Shown here one piece after another: positions 29,173 through 40,472 of a DNA stretch of 58,834 nucleotides. The DNA comes from Thainema sp. (GTDB taxonomy: Bacteria; Cyanobacteriota; Cyanobacteriia; Phormidesmidales; Phormidesmidaceae). The stretch is from assembly GCA_052168235.1 (NCBI GenBank), contig JBQLZK010000049.1, positions 1 to 58,834 of the forward strand, read 5' to 3'. The notes beneath the pieces are model-generated. The model was given only the letters and a program-made list of their open reading frames with translations, ran no database searches and was not told the DNA's origin. Each line of letters starts with the position of its first letter. The first letter of the stretch is position 1. A program made the translations under genes and the position numbers.

Positions 29173-30414
29173 TTAGGAAGGTTTTGAGGGGAGACGGCTT
29201 TCACCCATGTTGTTGCCGTACCAAATCACCAGCGGGCCTGCGCTAACACCATGTAGCACGATGGAGATTAAAACAGTCAAATAAGTAATCCAGCGCAGTT
29301 CGGCTGCGATCGCACCGGACACACCGTGGCTGATGGCATAGGACAAATAGTAAATCGAGCCAATGCCGCGAATGCCAAACCAGCCAAATAGAAGGCGAGT
29401 TACGCCTTTAAGCTGATCGCCAATGGTGCTGATCCAAGCAATTAATGGTCTCAGAATAAACAGTAGGCTGCCTGCAATCAGCAACGCCTCAGGTAGAAAT
29501 TGAGCCATCTGTTCCAAACGCAGCAAGGAGCCAAGCAGCAGAATCGCCGCAACTTCTAGCAATTTTTCAATTTGGGTAACAAAACCAAGCTGTGATGTCA
29601 GCTTTTCACGCGCGTGACAGCGTTTTTGCACAACCACCCCGGCAACGAAGACTGCTAAAAATCCGTAGCCGTTGACGAGTTCAGTCAGTGAATAAGAGAG
29701 CAAGATGGTGCCAATTGCAATGAAGTCGCTCATCACCTGACTGACAGCTTTAGCACGATGAAGCTGTTCGCTGATCCAGACCACACCTTGAGCAACCAGC
29801 ATGCCAACGCCAATACCGGCAAAAATGGCCCAGAACAGATCGATCAGAACCCATTGCCGAAACCAACTGTCAAAGTTAGACTTCGTAATCCAATAGAGCC
29901 CGAAATAAACGAAAGGAAAAGCCAGCGCATCATTCAAGCCTCCTTCTGATGTCAGGCCAAATCGCAACTCATCCGGATCATGACGGTGCTCAAGCTGCAC
30001 CTCGGAGGCTAACACTGGATCAGTGGGAGCCAAGATTGCACCCAATAAGACCGCTTCTCCCCAACCAAAACCTAGAGCCCAGTGACTCAGGAGTGCGATC
30101 GCAAAAATAGCCAGCGGCATCAAGATCCCGATCAGCCGAACTGTTGAGTTCCACGCCCATAGCCTTAGCGGACGGTTCATCTTTAGGCCACAGCTAAACA
30201 GGGATATGATCACAACTAACTCAGTAAACCGTTCTAGAAATCGCGTATCCGGCTGAATCTGAATTAATTTAATTCCATACGGACCTAATGCAACACCAAT
30301 CACTAAATAAATAAGGGCATAGGACAGCGGCAACCGTGCAATCCACTCCGAGCACCACGTGACTGCTAATAACAACAGTCCAATCAGCAGCATTCCCAAA
30401 ATATAGACATTCAT
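29173..30414 (-). CDS. CPA1 (NhaP-type) cation:proton antiporter
   Basis: LAPTDPVLAS, SEGGLNDALAFPF, WFGIRGIGS; multiple TMs. Confidence 0.9.
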   Translation of the reverse strand: MNVYILGMLLIGLLLLAVTWCSEWIARLPLSYALIYLVIGVALGPYGIKLIQIQPDTRFLERFTELVVIISLFSCGLKMNRPLRLWAWNSTVRLIGILMPLAIFAIALLSHWALGFGWGEAVLLGAILAPTDPVLASEVQLEHRHDPDELRFGLTSEGGLNDALAFPFVYFGLYWITKSNFDSWFRQWVLIDLFWAIFAGIGVGMLVAQGVVWISEQLHRAKAVSQVMSDFIAIGTILLSYSLTELVNGYGFLAVFVAGVVVQKRCHAREKLTSQLGFVTQIEKLLEVAAILLLGSLLRLEQMAQFLPEALLIAGSLLFILRPLIAWISTIGDQLKGVTRLLFGWFGIRGIGSIYYLSYAISHGVSGAIAAELRWITYLTVLISIVLHGVSAGPLVIWYGNNMGESRLPSKPS

Positions 30415-30867
30415 ACAGCGTTACATCGTGCCTCAATAACTCAATTCATCACCTCTACGGGTTCTTCTAGGGTATGAGGCCATGAAACAGCGCAAATCCG
30501 CACGGAGAGGGAAACCAGCTAACCATAAGGCATTTTATAGATGTCTTATTCAAGAAGTAAAATTTAGCCCATTTCTTAAGTCCTGCCTTACCAAACGTTA
30601 ACTTCAAATCGAGTTGCCATCAGCTAGCACCTATGTCTAAACAGACTACTAGCGGCAAGTAGGGTTTATTGACGAAGATGACTTAACAAAATCCAGGTTT
30701 GTATCGTTTTACTAACTTGTTTCTTTACAAGAAAAGAACTTTTCGCGCATCTATCTGAATCTAGATATACACTTTTGCCACGCCGTTTTTGTCTCTGTGT
30801 TCAAAAGCAGATCAAGGACAGCGGCTTTAGCTGTTGTAATTCACCATTCCAAGGAGACCGAGTAATA

Positions 30868-31293
30868 ATGCTTAATCTTGTGGGGCTTTCTGCATATTCG
30901 GGTTTGGATGCTACTTCGCCAATTTTGGCGCAGGCAACTTACGAGGATGCTGGGATTGGAATTTTCCAGATCATTCTCTATATCATCTTTTATGTTGTCT
31001 TTGCATTTCTGCTCCAAAAGATCTTGGAAAAATGCAGAGTTGATAATACCTGGTTCGCCTGGATTCCTATTCTCAATGCATACAAAATTTTTGAGGCGGG
31101 TGATAACGATAATCCTATTTTGTGGACAATCCTACTTCTCATTCCGTGTGTCAACATTGTTGCGGTTATTTTTTCAATCATTGCTTGGGTGAAGATTTGT
31201 CAGAAGTTAGGGAAATCACCTTGGCTTTTACTGCTATTCCTGATTCCGGGTTTGGGTGGCCTAATCTTTTTAGGCATTCTTGCATTCGGCTAA
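30868..31293 (+). CDS. DUF5684-type small membrane protein (ORF track starts at TTG 30775; ATG 30868 follows a GGAG)
   Basis: KILEK....WFAWIPILNAY, ICQKLGKS, GILAFG pattern; 4 hydrophobic segments. Confidence 0.75.
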   Translation: MLNLVGLSAYSGLDATSPILAQATYEDAGIGIFQIILYIIFYVVFAFLLQKILEKCRVDNTWFAWIPILNAYKIFEAGDNDNPILWTILLLIPCVNIVAVIFSIIAWVKICQKLGKSPWLLLLFLIPGLGGLIFLGILAFG

Positions 31294-31345
31294 TTCAACT
31301 GCATTACAAAGATAAAACCGAATGTGGAGCATAGAGGTATAGCCC

Positions 31346-31567
31346 ATGCTAAGACTTAAACACCGGAAGATTATTTTCTTGTTTTTAATTGCCACGATGG
31401 CCGGTGGCTCAATGGCGGCTTATTCGGCTTCCTCTGCCAATTTTTGGCTCAAAACTGTTGAGGTTGTTATCTTTCAGCAGATGGCAACGGCTGTGATTTT
31501 TCTAAGTTGCTTTGGTTGGGATTTGCTAAAGGCAAGCAAGCAAGCAGATAATCAATCTGAACCCTAA
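31346..31567 (+). CDS. Small hypothetical membrane protein
   Basis: GAGG upstream; two hydrophobic segments; co-oriented with its neighbours. Confidence 0.6.
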   Translation: MLRLKHRKIIFLFLIATMAGGSMAAYSASSANFWLKTVEVVIFQQMATAVIFLSCFGWDLLKASKQADNQSEP

Positions 31568-31569
31568 AG

Positions 31570-32103
31570 GTGATGAGGTCTTTCAAAATGAAGGCGTTGG
31601 TTCAATCCGATTTGACTCCATCAGACCTGACTCGCTCTGAGCAAATGCAGCGTTGGGGTTATTTTGCGATCGCACTTACCCCGCTAGTCGGCAGCGCTAT
31701 CTTCAATTTGGGACTGCGGCTGTCGTTTTTGGGCTGTCCGCTAATGCGCTATGTGGGAATTCCCTGTCCTGGTTGGGGCTTGACCCGTTCGTTTATGGCC
31801 GTGGCCAGAGGCGATTTAGCACAGGCTGTTTCCCATCATTTGTTTGGGCCAGTTTTATTTGTCGGATTTGCGATCGCAACCCTTCATTTAGTTACAGAAC
31901 TGATTCGCAACCAAAAGATCCCAGTTTTTTATGGGCCAACGTTGAGGAATCCCAAATTCCAGATTTTTTGTTTCCTAGTGCTGGTGGGATACCACGGCGT
32001 TCGGCTGAATCAGCTTTGGCAATCAGGAGAACTCTACCATTCAATCCTGCAGTCCCCTTGGGGGCAATGGCTAATTAGCGTATCGGCTATTTTGCCCAAC
32101 TAA
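31570..32103 (+). CDS. DUF2752 membrane protein
   Basis: CPLMRYVGIPCPGWGLTRSFMAVARGD..QA...H matches the DUF2752 signature. Confidence 0.88.
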   Translation: MMRSFKMKALVQSDLTPSDLTRSEQMQRWGYFAIALTPLVGSAIFNLGLRLSFLGCPLMRYVGIPCPGWGLTRSFMAVARGDLAQAVSHHLFGPVLFVGFAIATLHLVTELIRNQKIPVFYGPTLRNPKFQIFCFLVLVGYHGVRLNQLWQSGELYHSILQSPWGQWLISVSAILPN

Positions 32104-32135
32104 TTGACTAGCACCTAACAAATCACAAAACGAAT

Positions 32136-32171
32136 CAAGAGGGAGTTCACCGTACGGTGAACTCCCTCTTG
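32136..32171. terminator. Perfect 36-bp palindrome after the DUF2752 gene (terminator or mRNA-stabilising hairpin)
   Basis: CAAGAGGGAGTTCACCGT|ACGGTGAACTCCCTCTTG; weak U-tract. Confidence 0.6.
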
Positions 32172-32239
32172 GGGCTTTTACGGCAGAATGTGAGGTATGG
32201 CAGACGAGTGCCATCCGAATAACAATTGAGGGACTGATT

Positions 32240-33301
32240 ATGTCTCCGAAACCGTTTAACTTTAGCTTTCGTCCCCGTGCCCTGCCGCCTGGATTGATCA
32301 TTCGCTTGGGCAAGTGGGTTTGGACAACCCTGTGGCATCTAATGATGTCACGCCTCGCGCCGCGCAATCAGACGGGTGAATATATTCGTCCACAAAGTGA
32401 ATTTCGCGATCGCATTTCAGCCGATGCTAACAGTGCCTATCCAGCAAAGTGCGATCGCTATCATCTAATCGTTGGCTATGGCTGTCCGTGGGCGCACCGC
32501 ACGCTTGTGGTACGGGCTCTGAAGGGATTGGAAAACGTGATTCCGGTACAGGTTGTGCAGCCGTCACCGGATCAAGGGATTTGGCAGTTTGAAGCACCGT
32601 TTATGGATTGCCAGACGCTACCGGAGTTATATCAGTTGGCTAAACCCGGCTATAGCGGACGCAGCACTGTGCCCGTGCTATGGGATCAGCAAAAGCAAGC
32701 AATTGTAAACAATGAAAGCGCGGAGATTATTGAAATTCTCAATTCGGCGTTTAATGCCTTTGCTGAATCACCAGAGGTTGAACTATATCCTGAGGTGCTG
32801 CGAACTGAGATTGATGCCTGGAACGACCGCATTTATCCTACCGTAAACAATGGCGTTTACCGCTGCGGCTTTGCCCAAACTCAATCCGCTTACGATAAAG
32901 CCTGTGACGAACTTTTTTCGACACTGGATGAAGTTGATCGGGTACTGGCTAATCAGCGCTATCTCTGCGGCAATCAGCTAACTCTAGCCGACGCGCGCCT
33001 GTTTACCACTCTCTTCCGCTTTGATATCGTTTACTACGGCTTGTTTAAGTGCAACCGTCGCCGCATTCAGGATTACCAACACTTAGGTGCTTATCTGCGC
33101 GATCTTTATCAGCAGCCCGGTGTCGCGAAAACCTGTAACCTAGAAGCCGTCAAGCAAGACTATTACGGCAACCTGTTTCCGCTCAATCCCGGCGGCATCA
33201 TCCCCAATGGGCCTGATATTAGCGATTTAAACGCACCCCACAATCGCGATCGTTTTGGTTCCGCATCTATATCCACTGCGACGAATGAGGTCAGCAAGTA
33301 A
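32240..33301 (+). CDS. Glutathionyl-hydroquinone reductase (Xi/omega-like GST, YqjG family)
   Basis: CPWAHR, TVPVLWD, IVNNESAEI, NNGVYRCGFA, RFDIVY..LFKCN, NPGGIIP. Confidence 0.93.
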   Translation: MSPKPFNFSFRPRALPPGLIIRLGKWVWTTLWHLMMSRLAPRNQTGEYIRPQSEFRDRISADANSAYPAKCDRYHLIVGYGCPWAHRTLVVRALKGLENVIPVQVVQPSPDQGIWQFEAPFMDCQTLPELYQLAKPGYSGRSTVPVLWDQQKQAIVNNESAEIIEILNSAFNAFAESPEVELYPEVLRTEIDAWNDRIYPTVNNGVYRCGFAQTQSAYDKACDELFSTLDEVDRVLANQRYLCGNQLTLADARLFTTLFRFDIVYYGLFKCNRRRIQDYQHLGAYLRDLYQQPGVAKTCNLEAVKQDYYGNLFPLNPGGIIPNGPDISDLNAPHNRDRFGSASISTATNEVSK

Positions 33302-33456
33302 CCTCAGCGCCATCGGCTAGCTCATTAATCCAGTACCAGGATTCCAACTTTCACAATTTGCGTCTCCTAATGTTTAGTCTGCATTGATATCTGGTACTTT
33401 TTTCTCTCACGGATTGGGTCTTGAGCCAAAATGGGAGCAACTTATCGTGATACTGA

Positions 33457-35661
33457 TTGGATTCAATGACGCAGTCTCCCAGCCCGAATAATCAGCCACC
33501 GCTGAGCGAAATGATTGCAAAGGTAATTATGACTGGAAGCCTAGCAGGTGGTGGAGTAGGCGCGTTTTGGTCTTTATTTATCAATAGCAATTTACCGCAG
33601 GCACTCGCATCTGCATTGATTGGGGTTTTCATTTCATACATGACCCATGTACTGATGCCTATGCATGAGGGCAACAAGAGACGACTTGGAAAAGCAGGTA
33701 AAGCCCTGGATGATGGAATTGACTGGGTCACAGATCGAACCATTTCAGCCGCTCGTGGATTTGAAAGAAAGTATCTACTGTGCCAAGCATCAGTGTGTCA
33801 GCGATTGCGGTCTGAAGGGGTAGCGCAATACGACCGAGTGATGATTCCTTTCCTCAAAGATGCGTATGTTCCACTAGCGCTTGATTTTAGTGCTACGGAG
33901 GTGGGATTCAAGGCAGAACGTGAAGCAAAGCTGTTAGCTGAACGCGAATGTCAGGATCTCGATATTTGGCAGATTTTAGCAAAATCAAAGACCAATCCGA
34001 ACTTTCGGCAAATGGCAATTTTGGCGTGGGGTGGTTATGGCAAGACGACACTGCTGAAGCATATTGCTTATCGATATGGTATAAAACAACATCCTAAGGA
34101 CGCTCCCGATTTAGTTCCGGTTTTGCTGGTTTTGCGGGACTATCGTGAGTTGTTTAAGGAAAAAGACATCAAAAAGCTGCCGGATCTGCCAACGCTGATT
34201 ACCGAACGACATATTCCACGACTGCCAAAAGCAGATGAATTAAAACCGCGTACCGATTGGGCAAAGGACATGCTCAAACAAGGACGCGCCATTGTCATGT
34301 TTGACGGGTTCGATGAGATGGCAACAGATCAGCGTCCGGTGGTTTCGGCTTGGCTAAATGAGCAAATCCGAAATTACGATCAATCGGTGTTTATTCTTAC
34401 CTCACGTCCCAAAGCCTACAAAAATCTGGATGTTGCCCATCAATTGAATATTCCAACAACGATTTGGGTACGAGATTTTGATGAAGCTCAACGTAGGGAC
34501 TTTGTAGAAAAGTGGTATCGCTGCCAAGAACGCTACACCAATATTGAACCGAATACACCAGATGTGGAACAGGTGGCAATTGAATCAGCAAACGATTTAT
34601 TACAGCAGATTGAGTCACGTCAAGAACTGAAGGCACTGGCCAAGAATCCGCTATTGCTGAATATGATTACAACATTTCATCGGCGGAATCCTGGTGCAAG
34701 ATTGCCCCAAAGACGAGTGGAACTGTATCAAGACATTTGCACACTGCAACTGCGAGATCGACCCAGAGCAAGAACCTTGGACACGCTGTTGACTCAATGT
34801 GATGCACAAACTGTTCTTGAGCATATTGCAATCACTATGATGATTTGTCATGAAGAGAGAATTGAAAAATCGCGTCTGATTGCAGAAATTTCGCGTATTT
34901 TGTGGAGCCAGGGCGAAAGAAGAACCCAAGCTGAAGATTTTGTGGAGCAAGTTGTAGAAATTAGTGAATTGCTTGTACAGCAGGAGGACGAATATGAATT
35001 TGCCCATTTAAGCTTCCAGGAGTACTTAGCGGCTGCAAGTTTTTTGGAAATGACAGAGGAAGAAGTTCTTTACAGCTCTTTGAAAGATGATTGGTGGAAA
35101 GCTACGATTCTGCTGTATGTCGGGTTGACCAAACAACCGCAGAATTTGATTCAAGCTGCGCTTGATAGAGAAGCATCTGATGTTGCTTATGCCTGCTTAA
35201 GAGAAACAACCAGATACGTTGACGCAGAACTTGAACAACGGGTCATTATCAATTGGTGTAGTCAGTTAGAGAACTACTTAAAAAGCGGTGAGTGGGAAAA
35301 AGCGGATGATGAGACCTATCGACTGATGATTACGGCGATTGGAAAAGAAGAAGGTCAGGGATTCACTCCAGATGAGGTGCTAAACTTCCCCTGCGATGAA
35401 TTACTCACGATCGATGGACTGTGGGTAAAGTACAGTAACGGACGGTTTGGATTTAGCGTCCAGAAGGACATATATTTATCGAAAGAAGTCGGCGGCATTG
35501 CCGATGGCAAGTACCATCCAGAGGCATTTAACAGGTTTGTGGATCAGGTCGGTTGGAGAAGCATATATTATGACATAGTTTCCCCGACGGGGCACCTCCC
35601 GACGGGTTCTCCAAGTCTGATGGGAGATTGGAGTTCTCTTTTTTCACATCGAGACTTGTAA
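33457..35661 (+). CDS. NACHT NTPase with N-terminal TM pair and C-terminal GUN4 domain (start probably ATG 33466)
   Basis: Walker A GGYGKTT, Walker B FDGFDE, LTSR, NPLLL, FAHLSFQEYLAA; GUN4 motifs WEKADDET, IDGLWVKYSNGRFGFSVQK, VGW, GHLP. Confidence 0.9.
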   Translation: MDSMTQSPSPNNQPPLSEMIAKVIMTGSLAGGGVGAFWSLFINSNLPQALASALIGVFISYMTHVLMPMHEGNKRRLGKAGKALDDGIDWVTDRTISAARGFERKYLLCQASVCQRLRSEGVAQYDRVMIPFLKDAYVPLALDFSATEVGFKAEREAKLLAERECQDLDIWQILAKSKTNPNFRQMAILAWGGYGKTTLLKHIAYRYGIKQHPKDAPDLVPVLLVLRDYRELFKEKDIKKLPDLPTLITERHIPRLPKADELKPRTDWAKDMLKQGRAIVMFDGFDEMATDQRPVVSAWLNEQIRNYDQSVFILTSRPKAYKNLDVAHQLNIPTTIWVRDFDEAQRRDFVEKWYRCQERYTNIEPNTPDVEQVAIESANDLLQQIESRQELKALAKNPLLLNMITTFHRRNPGARLPQRRVELYQDICTLQLRDRPRARTLDTLLTQCDAQTVLEHIAITMMICHEERIEKSRLIAEISRILWSQGERRTQAEDFVEQVVEISELLVQQEDEYEFAHLSFQEYLAAASFLEMTEEEVLYSSLKDDWWKATILLYVGLTKQPQNLIQAALDREASDVAYACLRETTRYVDAELEQRVIINWCSQLENYLKSGEWEKADDETYRLMITAIGKEEGQGFTPDEVLNFPCDELLTIDGLWVKYSNGRFGFSVQKDIYLSKEVGGIADGKYHPEAFNRFVDQVGWRSIYYDIVSPTGHLPTGSPSLMGDWSSLFSHRDL

Positions 35662-35875
35662 ACCTTAGCAGATAGGGGGCTTCAGTCCGATCCAAAAGCT
35701 TTATTACAGGCGCTCTCCACATGGAAAAATAAGTGTTTCGAGTATCCGTTACCTAGCACCCGTGGTCATGTTGTATCCGTGAATTGGGCACTGGCTATGT
35801 CAGGATTCCAACAATTCGCCAGCACAAATTGTTTCGACAAAAAATAAATTCTAGATGCGCAATTTTACGTATCTG

Positions 35876-35903
35876 GTAGGGGCGAATGGCCATTCGCCCC
35901 TAC
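35876..35903. repeat. GTAG-type REP-like perfect palindrome
   Basis: GTAGGGGCGAATGG|CCATTCGCCCCTAC. Confidence 0.75.
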
Positions 35904-35983
35904 GTAGCGTTAACGGGTTTTAGACAGGTTTAGCCATCATGAAATCGCCCAGTTTTCCGCATAGAAGAAGGAACTGAGGCCAA

Positions 35984-37621
<1,638 letters not shown>

Positions 37622-37788
37622 TTAAGTCGTTGAGGTCGATAGTACCAACATATCGAAATAAGCATATATGCTCAGCAAAATCGCCAAGCTTTCCTTCACT
37701 ATCCCATCAACGAGAGCCTTTTGCATCTGTCTCTAGCAACTTTCTCGGTCAAGCTGATTCGAGCTAGCTCTTTCAAGGGTTTGCTCGT

Positions 37789-38478
37789 TTAGTTTGCCTC
37801 TGTTGTCTCTGTATCTGGCACTACATCCGGATCAACAGATGTTTCGTCCTCAGGTGAATCCCCAGCAGGTGGTTCGATCTCCGGTACAACTTCCAGATTT
37901 TGCCATTCTTCCAACGGTCGCTCTACCGCTGAGGCAAAGACATTGGGCACCAGGATAACCGTTGCTTCTGTGTTTGCTGCTGGTTCGGTGTCCGCTGTTG
38001 TCGTGAGTGCCGGATCGGGATCTGCGATCGCATATCTCGATTCGCCGCTAAAGTTCACATCACCCAGCCAGAGCGTGTGGCTATCATCGTTTGCCAGCTT
38101 CACGTCAATTTTGGCGAAGGGTTCGGCTAGGCCATACTCAGCAAGCTGTTCTGCGGTTGTTTCCGTGGGGCTGCTGGCTCGACCTGTGGCTAACTGGCTC
38201 AGCAAAAAGGCGACGGTGGCATCATTGGCTCGTTTCGCCACGGGGGATGTCATTTGCCACACGCCCTCGTCATCTTTCTCAAAGGCTAGGGTTTGCTCCT
38301 CGGTAACCACGGTGAAGGACTGGACATCATCTTCTTCAAACCGGAATAAATCTTGGTCGCCTGCGGTGGCTAGCGTGGATGAATCGGATTGCGATCGCGA
38401 TAGTTCTGTCGCCAGCACATAACCGCCGAGAATGACCGCGATGCCCAAGAGTGTCCAAGTTGATCGCTGTAGCTTCAT
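37789..38478 (-). CDS. DUF4340 protein
   Basis: N-terminal TM, W.M..P....A, LAEYGLAEP motif; last gene of a Gld-like ABC operon. Confidence 0.82.
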   Translation of the reverse strand: MKLQRSTWTLLGIAVILGGYVLATELSRSQSDSSTLATAGDQDLFRFEEDDVQSFTVVTEEQTLAFEKDDEGVWQMTSPVAKRANDATVAFLLSQLATGRASSPTETTAEQLAEYGLAEPFAKIDVKLANDDSHTLWLGDVNFSGESRYAIADPDPALTTTADTEPAANTEATVILVPNVFASAVERPLEEWQNLEVVPEIEPPAGDSPEDETSVDPDVVPDTETTEAN

Positions 38479-38481
38479 CAG

Positions 38482-40455
38482 TTATCGCCTCCGCCACCAC
38501 ATAAACACAGCCGCCGCAAAGCCAATCAGCGGCAAAATAAACCAGGCTAGTAGACTCAAGAAAATCTGCTTGCCGGTCGAGAGAACGATCCGCCGATCCG
38601 TTACTTCTTTGGCTCGAATCGACAGCGTCGCGTCATCTTCCTGAGCCAGCCAGCTAACTGAATTGAGAAATACATCCCCATTAAGCTGCTGATTGAACAC
38701 GCCATCCGTGGCAAAGGTTGAGTTGCCAATTACGACAAGGCGAGATTCATTTCCCGACTCTGCCGTTTCAGATTCTGGGCTTTCAGTTTCAGTCACTTCC
38801 GGCTCATCTGCTTCAGATGCAGGTGTTTCTGTCTCAGCACTTTCAGCGTCAGTATTTTCAGATACTTCAGGGTTTTCTTCCGCCTCAACTTCAGTCTCGG
38901 CACTTTCAGCGTCAGTATTTTCAGATGATTCAGGGGTTGCTGTTTCTGCGTCTTCCGCCTCAACTTCAGTTTCAGCGCTTTCAGCTTCAGCACTGACCGC
39001 CTCTTCAGAGTTTGCCGCTTCTGGTTCAGCCTCTTGCTCAGTTTCTACCGCAGTCTCTGCTGCTGGAGATTCCTCGGCGGGAGCTTCGCTCTCGGTTGCA
39101 TCAGTCGCTTCATTCCCGGATTCATCAGGTGGCACTGTCTCAGCGTCTGGATTATCACCACTGTCTGTACTGGTGTTTGCTGAAGCCGTTGGCAAAGACT
39201 GCACAGGTCGGCTCAGCGCCGCGCCGATATAGAACGGCCCTTCTGGCGCTTGTGTCGGGTCAACGTTAATTTCGCCACCTTCGACGATATTTTCGGCGCG
39301 GGTTTGTTCATCGGTAATCAGAATTGGCGTCGCCGTAACGCGGGGACGATCTTGGATACTGATCGGTCGCGCCACTGGATAGAACGACCGACCATTTTGA
39401 AACGCTTCCGTAATCGGATGTTCGCCGTAGTTAGAGATCAGCGGCGCGGCAGGCCCCAGTCCCACCGCCTGACCTTGACCAGAGGTGTCCAGTACCAGCC
39501 GATCTTCCAGCGTCACGCCCCAATCATTCAGTAGCGGTTCTAACCCCGGATCGGTGTTGGGGTCAACCATCAGCAGCAGGCCACCACCGTTTTCGAGATA
39601 TTGCTCCAGCGCTTTGATTTCTGGCTTGAAGAACTGCTGCTGTGGCCCTGCCACAATCACCACATCGGCATCATCGGGCACACCACCTTCCGCCAAGTTC
39701 AGCGGTTCCACCGCAATATTTTTCTGCTCCAGGCCATCCCGCACCAGCGTAAAACCGCCCTGAAAATCATCGACACTGTACTCACCGTGACCGACCACGA
39801 AGTAAGCCGTGGGCGATTCACCCTGAGCCAGCCGAGTAATTTGTGCTGTTAAGCGCGGCTCCGTCAGCCGCTCAGTCTGACTAAGGCGCTGCACCCGCTG
39901 CCGCTGATCGCCCGCTTCGAGATACACTTCGCCCAACGATCGCACTCCAAATTCCTGTGCCAAAACGGGCTGAGCATTGGGGTCTACGTACTCGTAGCTA
40001 AACTGGTCGCTTTGCCGCTCGTAGCTTTCCAAAAGCTGCTGATCAGTGGGATTGCGAACCGCATCAAAAATCCAGATTTTGGTGGGCTGTTCCAGATTGC
40101 GTAACGTTTGGGTTGTTTCTGGGGCCAGAGTGAAAATTTGATTTTCCGTCAGATCCAACCGCTGCCCGTGGCGTACGGCCAGAACATTTAGCGACAGCAG
40201 GATTACAATCACTGACACGGTCGCAACCAGCGCATTGGTGCTGCTCTGAGTTGACCGCTGTCCCCAGAATTCCGGTCGCGCCTGTCCCAGCAGCAAAAAC
40301 CAGATGCCGATCAGGACAATGCCGCCGATTAGGAGCGCCAGTGGCAGAGAATCCCAGCCGGATAGCAAGCCCGATACGAGGCCCGCTGTCGCCAGCATGA
40401 TGCCGACCCAAATCAGGTAGCGGAGATATTTCCAATAAGCTGCGATGGATTTCAT
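38482..40455 (-). CDS. GldG-like ABC auxiliary component with a long acidic insertion
   Basis: RLDLTENQIFTLA, YFVVGHGE, VIVAGPQ, GGGLLLMVDP, RLVVIGNS, NGDVFLNSVSWL, C-terminal TM ending WWRRR. Confidence 0.9.
   Translation of the reverse strand: MKSIAAYWKYLRYLIWVGIMLATAGLVSGLLSGWDSLPLALLIGGIVLIGIWFLLLGQARPEFWGQRSTQSSTNALVATVSVIVILLSLNVLAVRHGQRLDLTENQIFTLAPETTQTLRNLEQPTKIWIFDAVRNPTDQQLLESYERQSDQFSYEYVDPNAQPVLAQEFGVRSLGEVYLEAGDQRQRVQRLSQTERLTEPRLTAQITRLAQGESPTAYFVVGHGEYSVDDFQGGFTLVRDGLEQKNIAVEPLNLAEGGVPDDADVVIVAGPQQQFFKPEIKALEQYLENGGGLLLMVDPNTDPGLEPLLNDWGVTLEDRLVLDTSGQGQAVGLGPAAPLISNYGEHPITEAFQNGRSFYPVARPISIQDRPRVTATPILITDEQTRAENIVEGGEINVDPTQAPEGPFYIGAALSRPVQSLPTASANTSTDSGDNPDAETVPPDESGNEATDATESEAPAEESPAAETAVETEQEAEPEAANSEEAVSAEAESAETEVEAEDAETATPESSENTDAESAETEVEAEENPEVSENTDAESAETETPASEADEPEVTETESPESETAESGNESRLVVIGNSTFATDGVFNQQLNGDVFLNSVSWLAQEDDATLSIRAKEVTDRRIVLSTGKQIFLSLLAWFILPLIGFAAAVFMWWRRR
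38831..38970. repeat. In-frame intragenic duplications in the acidic insertion (periods 63 and 75 bp)
   Basis: GTCTCRGCACTTTCAGCGTCAGTATTTTCAGAT at 38831 and 38894; TCTTCCGCCTCAACTTCAGT at 38876 and 38951 (SENTDAESAETE and AESAETEVEAE repeats). Confidence 0.85.
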
Positions 40456-40472
40456 AGCTAATCTACTCCCCG

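Noticed and set aside
33457..35661. Calling this gene gun4 and linking it to chlD
   Set aside because: GUN4 is only a C-terminal domain of a NACHT protein, 31 kb from chlD; no operon link
37943..39232. Ser/Ala/Val-rich + strand ORFs (159 and 179 aa)
   Set aside because: Antisense read-outs of acidic tracts in the real minus-strand genes
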